Below are positions 48,961 through 51,143 of a DNA stretch of 51,143 nucleotides, one piece after another; the first letter of the stretch is position 1, and the number at the start of each line of letters is the position of its first letter. The notes beneath the pieces are model-generated. The model ran no database searches, had not been told where the DNA came from, and saw nothing but the letters and a program-made list of their open reading frames with translations. The stretch lies in contig CAJFCJ010000081.1 of assembly GCA_904063045.1 (NCBI GenBank), positions 1-51,143 on the forward strand. The letters run 5' to 3'. Origin of the DNA: Dimorphilus gyrociliatus (Eukaryota; Animalia; Annelida). The translations under genes and the position numbers were made by a program.

Positions 48961-51141
48961 TTAATCAAGAATAGCAACATTTTGCATTTTCGCCGCCGTT
49001 TTTCTTGCAAATTCCAAATCATTTTTTGCATTAAATATTAGTTTAAAATTCAAAGTATCCTTTGTTTCTATATAATAGAAAATAGATTTCCACAAATCAT
49101 CAGTATTTTTCAGTTTTGAATTACTCTTCAAATACAGATGTGTAAGCTTTTTTGGTAGTTTTATATATTCAACTATTCCAAAAAAAATGGAAAATTCTAA
49201 ATTACAATTATTCATGTTAATTTTGCTAACATTTTTACAAAATTCATGCAAACACAATAAAATCTTTTGACCGCTCTTTCCCAAAGAATTTTCACATATT
49301 GTACTGCTCTTGCTGGCAAAATCTATGCGTTTGCAAGTTATAACAATACTGGTTCTACTCGAACCTTTAAACAAATGTTTAAATTAAAATGGTTTATTCG
49401 CAATAATAATACTTAAGCAAGTAACAATATGAGAGTTCAATAGCAGAGTAGATAGTTTGTAATAGCAGGTTGCCAAATTACCAAACTGTCTTCCAATGTT
49501 GAGGAGTAGATGGATGGTTCCAGTGGAGGTTGTTTCCAGATGATTTTCCCAGGTCCTTGGGTCCAGATGGAAGCTGCATGCCAAATGAGAATAATGAGGA
49601 TTTATATACTTTGAGGTTTGTCTCTGACATCCAATCATCACTTTACAGTTGCCAAAATGTGTAGTTCATATTTATCTTTAGTAACAGGATGTTACAAGGT
49701 TCAACATTTAGGAAGGTTAATTGAATTATAACTTGGCCACACCCTAGGCAAGTTAATTAAATTATAACTTGGCCAAACCTTTATTGGTAATTAAAGATGA
49801 GCCTTCAAGCTGACTAATCAGACTTATGTTTGGCCAATGTTATAGCATTTTCTTGCGTAGGTTTTAAGATGTACATGTATATGTTGCATAAAATAATAGA
49901 GTTCAAGCATGTAAAATATAACCAAAGTTGTACAATATATTCAACTCTTTGAGCATTTGTAACCTTTTCAATAGGCCAATTAAAGGTTTACCAATTTTAT
50001 GTGTAAATTTACAATTGTTCAATAAAAGAATTTGTAAATTTACTGTCTTTTTAGACAGTTGCTCAAATAGAATTTTTCCAATGGCATCTCCAAAGTTGTT
50101 ATTGCCTAGATCGAGATGTGTCAAGTTGACTGTTTTACTGAAAGAATTCTTAAATGATTCTACAATCTCCTCTGCAGATTCACAACGTTGAGGTGTTTTT
50201 TCTTTAGAATTCAAACTACGCCATAGAGTTTTCGGAAATTTGACAGTCGCCACTTTAAGCGTTATCAACAATGATTTCTCATTGAAAGATTGTACAATTT
50301 TGCAGAATTTCTCATTGAATTTGTTTCTATTGAGTTCTACATGTTTAAGATGTTTTAATTCTTTAATACATAATACAAAACTTTCGCCAATTGCTCCTGT
50401 AACATTACAGTTGTGAATGTAAAGTTGTTGAAGATTCTTACACGATTTAGATAAGCCATTGAGAATAGTTTTACAATGCACATCTCCAATTTTATTTTCA
50501 CTTATTGAAAATGTATGCAAATCTGGCAAAGTCTCTAATGCATTACAAAGTCCTTCAGAATTGAAATTTCTTTCAGTAAGACCATTTTGTCTGAGAATCA
50601 ATTGACCTAATTTATATAATTTTTGCCTTTCAATATAACTGGTGAGTTTATTTATTGCCTCATCGCCCAAGTCACATTTCGCAATATCCAACATTAATAA
50701 TTTAGGTCTTTTTTCCAGAATTTTTAAAAGTGGTCTTATTTCATAGTTTTGCTTTCTTAGTCCAATTTGTTTTAATTTTTCCAATTTTTTAGTATAACTC
50801 AATGTATTATTTAAATCACCAATATTTTCACAATGACCCAATTCTATATATTTCAGATTTGCATTATTGGATACAATGTCCGGGAGTAAATTATTTAGCT
50901 TTAGTTTACTTCGCCAAAATGACAGTTCATGAAGATTGCAACATTTATCTTTGATTACTGTCAAGATATTTGCTTGAATAGTCGAATTTTCTATTATAAT
51001 AGTTGTCAAACTGTCATGATTCGCTTCAATCAATTTGGACAGATTTTCAGAAATATCATACTCACCGTGAGAGATTATCAATGTATTCACTGTACTTGAA
51101 TGACATTTATCGAATGAGATATTAGTGAGTAGATTGTTCAA
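48961..51141 (-). CDS. RNI-like (NLRC3-type) LRR protein, 5' end outside the window, interrupted by a 635-bp solo LTR
   Basis: LRRs throughout 51141-49935. Removing 49300-49934 plus one ATAT restores ...LKELNI-CENSLGKSG... in frame to the stop at 48961. Confidence 0.85.
49300..49934 (-). mobile_element. Solo LTR (635 bp), TGTAC...GTACA termini, ATAT TSD
   Basis: ATAT at 49296-49299 and 49935-49938; on the minus strand TATATAAA (~49607-49614) then AATAAA (~49391-49396). Confidence 0.88.
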
Positions 51142-51143
51142 AA

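Noticed and set aside
1-51143. Prokaryotic or viral origin of the whole window; tRNA/rRNA genes
   Set aside because: Spliceosomal introns and animal gene families throughout; no tRNA or rRNA signatures recognised.

Overview
AT-rich animal genomic DNA with short (~50-80 nt) GT-AG introns. Gene content (GRL101-like receptor, C1q, peritrophin, TRIM, calcyphosin) points to an invertebrate, probably a compact-genome lophotrochozoan (inference). Bases 1-7303 are a near-identical, deletion-error-rich copy of 8061-15386, separated by a 172-bp foreign exon and one N (7476), so the duplication may be an assembly or haplotype artefact. The window is a transposon-dense field of immune/sensory-type genes and pseudogenes: RNI-like LRR genes (one with a ZYG11-like VHL-box N-terminus), a chitin-binding/TSP1/C1q pseudogene, a peptide GPCR, a TRIM pseudogene, a C-type lectin-LDLa-LRR-7TM receptor, and calcyphosin-like, CUB, PhyH-like, furin-like Cys-rich and Dispatched-like sequences. 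Three observations stand out. (1) An intronless gene (26958-28247, minus) most resembles bacterial CqsA/LqsA quorum-sensing autoinducer synthases, yet carries a mitochondrial-type presequence and a poly(A) signal, making it a candidate domesticated horizontal transfer. (2) An LTR retroelement remnant keeps an uninterrupted 2-kb env-like glycoprotein ORF. (3) A solo LTR with a 4-bp TSD sits inside an LRR exon and could be spliced out in frame. All family assignments come from motif recognition by eye, not database searches.
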